Positions 60,915 through 64,000 of a stretch of DNA of 64,000 nucleotides are shown here, piece after piece; the first letter of the stretch is position 1, and each line of letters begins with the position of its first letter. The position numbers and the translations under genes were made by a program. Below the pieces are notes generated by a model, which was given only the letters and a program-made list of their open reading frames with translations, was not told the DNA's origin and did no database searches. This DNA comes from Rhizodiscina lignyota (Eukaryota), in the NCBI GenBank assembly GCA_010015805.1, contig ML978131.1, positions 806,001 through 870,000 of the forward strand, given 5' to 3'.

Positions 60915-61802
60915 CTACCCGGACAGCGGCAAAGTTCCAGGTGGGAGTATAAGGGCTTGGACGACCATGACTGGCAAGTTAGGATTCGCGGCGGCAAACG
61001 CTATCACAATCTTATTCACACTATTTGGGTCGTTGAGCAGTGTGCCCACTATATTGAAGAGAAGTGGAGCCCACTGAGTCGGATTGATGGAGAGACCAGT
61101 AGAGCCAGGGAATCCTGAATCGTAGCCTATTAAGAAGTCGAATACATTGGCAGGACATTAGAATTTCGGATGGCCCTAGTAAGCCCTGTATTGCCAACTG
61201 TATTAGCGACTCCCTGCATAGATGCCTGCGCAAGGTCGAATGGATTGACATTCGGGATGGCGACGTTCGGTACAGTCTCTACGAAGAACGCAAACACCGT
61301 TAGCGCGAGACCGCCGGGTAGATCAATCTTTTGTCCATTCGTCAAGGTAGGTAGGTTTTGGCGTTTTTCAAGGCCGCGCTTCATCTTCCGTGTGGGGCCC
61401 GCTCCTTTCGTGAGATCCCCCAGATTGCAGGTCGGGGTTCCACTCCCAAAAAAGCCCGTGATGTCGCCTTGAAGCACGTTTGTGAAGTTGTTTATAACAG
61501 TCTGCGCAGCTTCTCCTCTGTCCGGCGTCATTGTCGAGGGTATCTCGACGGCGAACGAGGTGATACTAGCCACCTGGTCAGTATCGCAGTTTGATGTCAA
61601 GCCCATTGAGGCATAACGATTTTCCATGTTCTCGCAGATAGAACTGCGCGAGCCTTGGAAAAAGGTTGCCAACGGTCAGCTCGACCTCTGTACCGTCTAC
61701 GAACGCTTCAGCATCGCAACCGACAAGTGTCCCCCTGACACCGTTTTGCGCGGCAATTCCACGAAGAAACGCTAATGTCGTAGTTAGAAGAAGTAGATGC
61801 AT
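60915..61802 (-). pseudogene. Secreted protein gene interrupted by two apparent 1-nt frameshifts (pseudogene or assembly error)
   Basis: Signal peptide MHLLLLTTTLAFLRGIAA. The frame changes at a T5 run near 61660-61664 (NLFP vs NLFQGSRSSICEN) and again near 61150 (NVLPMYSTS* vs ANVFDFLIGYDSGFPGSTG...LPLSG*, TAG 60915-60917). Internal Kex2-like KR sites (MKRGLEKRQ). Confidence 0.55.
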
Positions 61803-63660
61803 GTTGTCAAGCCGAAGAATGAGACGCGAATAGTGAGAACTTTTATGTGAAATAACAAGAGGTGACGTAGCAATTTGAGTACACGACGATTCCAGAAAAT
61901 GAGATGCGTAGGTAAAAAAGGAATAGACGAGCGATTCCAGGAGATGAAGCTGATGAAGCTTCTTATAGGTAGATTTCGAGCTGATGGACGTTTTGTCGCA
62001 ACCATTGCGCCTTAATTTATACAACTGCTGTCTACAATTGAATTGGCTGCTCTATTTTAAGGGTTCACATACGGACGGAAAGACTGAAATGTTCTCCGTA
62101 CTCTACCATTCTACGTACATATACCATTTCCTTCCTCGTCTTGGACGGCACGGAGAAAGAGATAACGTGAGGTGGTAATGAGCTAGGGGCCGGATCACTA
62201 CAAGTGGGGAGAGAGTTCAAGGCTAGACTTAAAGAGGACGACGACCTAAGCCCGATGCGGATCTGCATTAATATTTGGTGGTAGTGATCGCAGCAGGAAA
62301 GAGTAAGATAACAGCCTAGTTAAGTAGCAAACTTGATAAATTGAAGTCTAATATAAAAACTACGGAGTAATTAGTTATTTTATGCGCCTACTACCTGGAT
62401 ATATTTGACAGACCTAGCTGTCAATTCCCGTATGGAAGGGGATGAAAGGGCCAGGATATTGAGGGAGCAAATGGTCGCGATTCGGGATGTAAACGGCGAG
62501 TCGAGGGTTGGACATATTGCTTTGACAACTTTGTCATCGGCCTCCATTTCCCTTGTGAAGGGAAGGCTCTACGATTGATTTGGAAGTAATTGTACGTAGA
62601 GTTGACAATTATATACCTCCGCCTACGGAGTGGAGTGGGTGAGATTCGCGTGCGTTTCAGCCAATAATGGATGTAGAGTGTTCTCACATTCGATGAGATG
62701 CTACAAGTCACGCTAGTAATGCTTTGGTTACCACGTATCCAAGCTTGAAAATCAAGTTCATTGAGTAAGAATCAATATTTCAAACGGTGTCCAAGTAACT
62801 TGTGATGGGTATCGTCACAAATGATATGACAAAAGCTTACGGAGTAGGTGCTCATATACCTAACTCCAGGTAGGCATGTACCCAGAATTGGAAGCGACAA
62901 GTACCCAACCTCCGGTGCACCATGCGTTCACAGGGCTCGGTAAATCCTCGGCGATTCACTGAAATCGCTCGCCAATGCTGATTAGTAAGCCTCTTCCAAA
63001 TTCCATCTCCACCAAATCTACGAAGTACTTCTATCATCCTTCTCTCCCGCTGCTCAGTTCATCATGCTCTCTTTTCCTTTCTGTCTAATAGATGTGGACT
63101 CAAAAGAAGGGGAGATAAAATATTGCACATGCCCGTATGACAGGGCCCGAAGGTTTTCCTTTACTCATGAAGTCTTTTCCGGCTCTGTTCTCCTCATGAG
63201 GATACTCTAGCGGCCATGGGCTTCCCTGTGCCTTGTTTGCGTCTCTCTCTTCTCCCCGCCGTTCCTAGTCTCTCTCTCGGAGGAAGAGCTTGCGAATTCT
63301 TGAGTCAATTGACAAGCCCTTTCTGCGAAAATACTGTTTACCGGACAGTGTTGCCCCGTTCCCCACTTTGCGCCGACGAGCTGGTTGTTGTCCCTGATTG
63401 TTTAAGGATGACAGCCCTGTCATCTGTCAGCTAAGAGGAACAGGCTCAATATACCCACGAGCAATAACTCAATCTCATGTAGCATAGCGCTCGTCGTCAT
63501 AGTCCAATACATGCGGCTTTTCCGACTTGACCATGAGTGCGAGCGGCGCGATTACCGCCAGTGCGGCGCCGTGGTCTGTATAAGAGCTATAATAGTGGAG
63601 AAGGACCAGTTCTTGTCACTGTACCTCTCATCATTTTCCTGTCATTGGTCATAACTCATC

Positions 63661-64000
63661 ATGTTGCTCACCACCGCCGTTGCGGCGCTGTTTACATTTT
63701 CCACTGCAGCATCTGGTTCGGTACTAAGACGGTCCTCAGACTACCTTCAGGAAGCTATATCTACTGCAAAGACTCTTCAGAAATTATTCTATCATGAGTC
63801 AACCGGCTTGTGGACTGGCGTCGGGCCCAAGGCACACCTACCACCTGTAGACTATTGGTTCACCTCGGCCAACTGCCTCAGCACTATCGGTCTTCTAGCG
63901 TCCCTTGACAATGGCACCAGCAGTATGATTGATCCCATTATTCAGAATTCATACGTTCAAGCCCAAGCTTTCAACCTTGGGCGAGGCAAGTCGACTACCG
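63661..64000 (+). CDS. Secreted glycoside hydrolase family 76-like protein, N-terminal part (runs off the window)
   Basis: Signal peptide MLLTTAVAALFTFSTAASG, then TLQKLFYHESTGLW...YWFTSANCLSTI...NSYVQAQ, resembling the GH76 N-terminal LQxWYxxxTGLW...WWNSANxL pattern. Confidence 0.7.
   Translation, partial: MLLTTAVAALFTFSTAASGSVLRRSSDYLQEAISTAKTLQKLFYHESTGLWTGVGPKAHLPPVDYWFTSANCLSTIGLLASLDNGTSSMIDPIIQNSYVQAQAFNLGRGKSTT

Noticed and set aside
1..64000. tRNA, rRNA, CRISPR and transposon search
   Set aside because: Isolated GGTTCGA words (e.g. about 7134, 10538, 60643) lack cloverleaf context. I saw no spaced direct-repeat arrays, transposase or RT motifs, LTRs or extended RIP-like AT blocks.

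Overview
Eukaryotic DNA from a filamentous ascomycete (Pezizomycotina-type genes; short GT-AG introns with CTRAC/CTAAY branch points), with about 26 protein-coding loci or remnants. I found no rRNA, tRNA, CRISPR array or recognisable transposon. Housekeeping genes include an ALDH3-type aldehyde dehydrogenase, TrpRS head-to-head with RPS0, COG8, MGMT, cyclophilin-40 and a Bud2-like RasGAP. The most notable region is a compact candidate catabolic cluster at about 22.1-36.7 kb: AtuA/DUF1446 protein, Zn2Cys6 transcription factor, SDR reductase, MFS sugar porter, aldo-keto reductase, Baeyer-Villiger-type monooxygenase and a decayed polyol-dehydrogenase pseudogene. The SDR, porter and monooxygenase promoters share a 17-bp inverted repeat, TCGGA-N7-TCCGA (CGG-N9-CCG; one copy has a single mismatch), and the AKR promoter has a degenerate version, all about 180-280 bp upstream of the ATG. 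This suggests a regulon controlled by the resident factor. Other observations: a 10-nt micro-exon followed by an obligatory GC-AG intron in cyclophilin-40, a RasGAP intron with 12-bp periodicity and self-complementary units, and a secreted-protein gene broken by two 1-nt frameshifts. All assignments come from manual translation and motif recognition, with no database searches.
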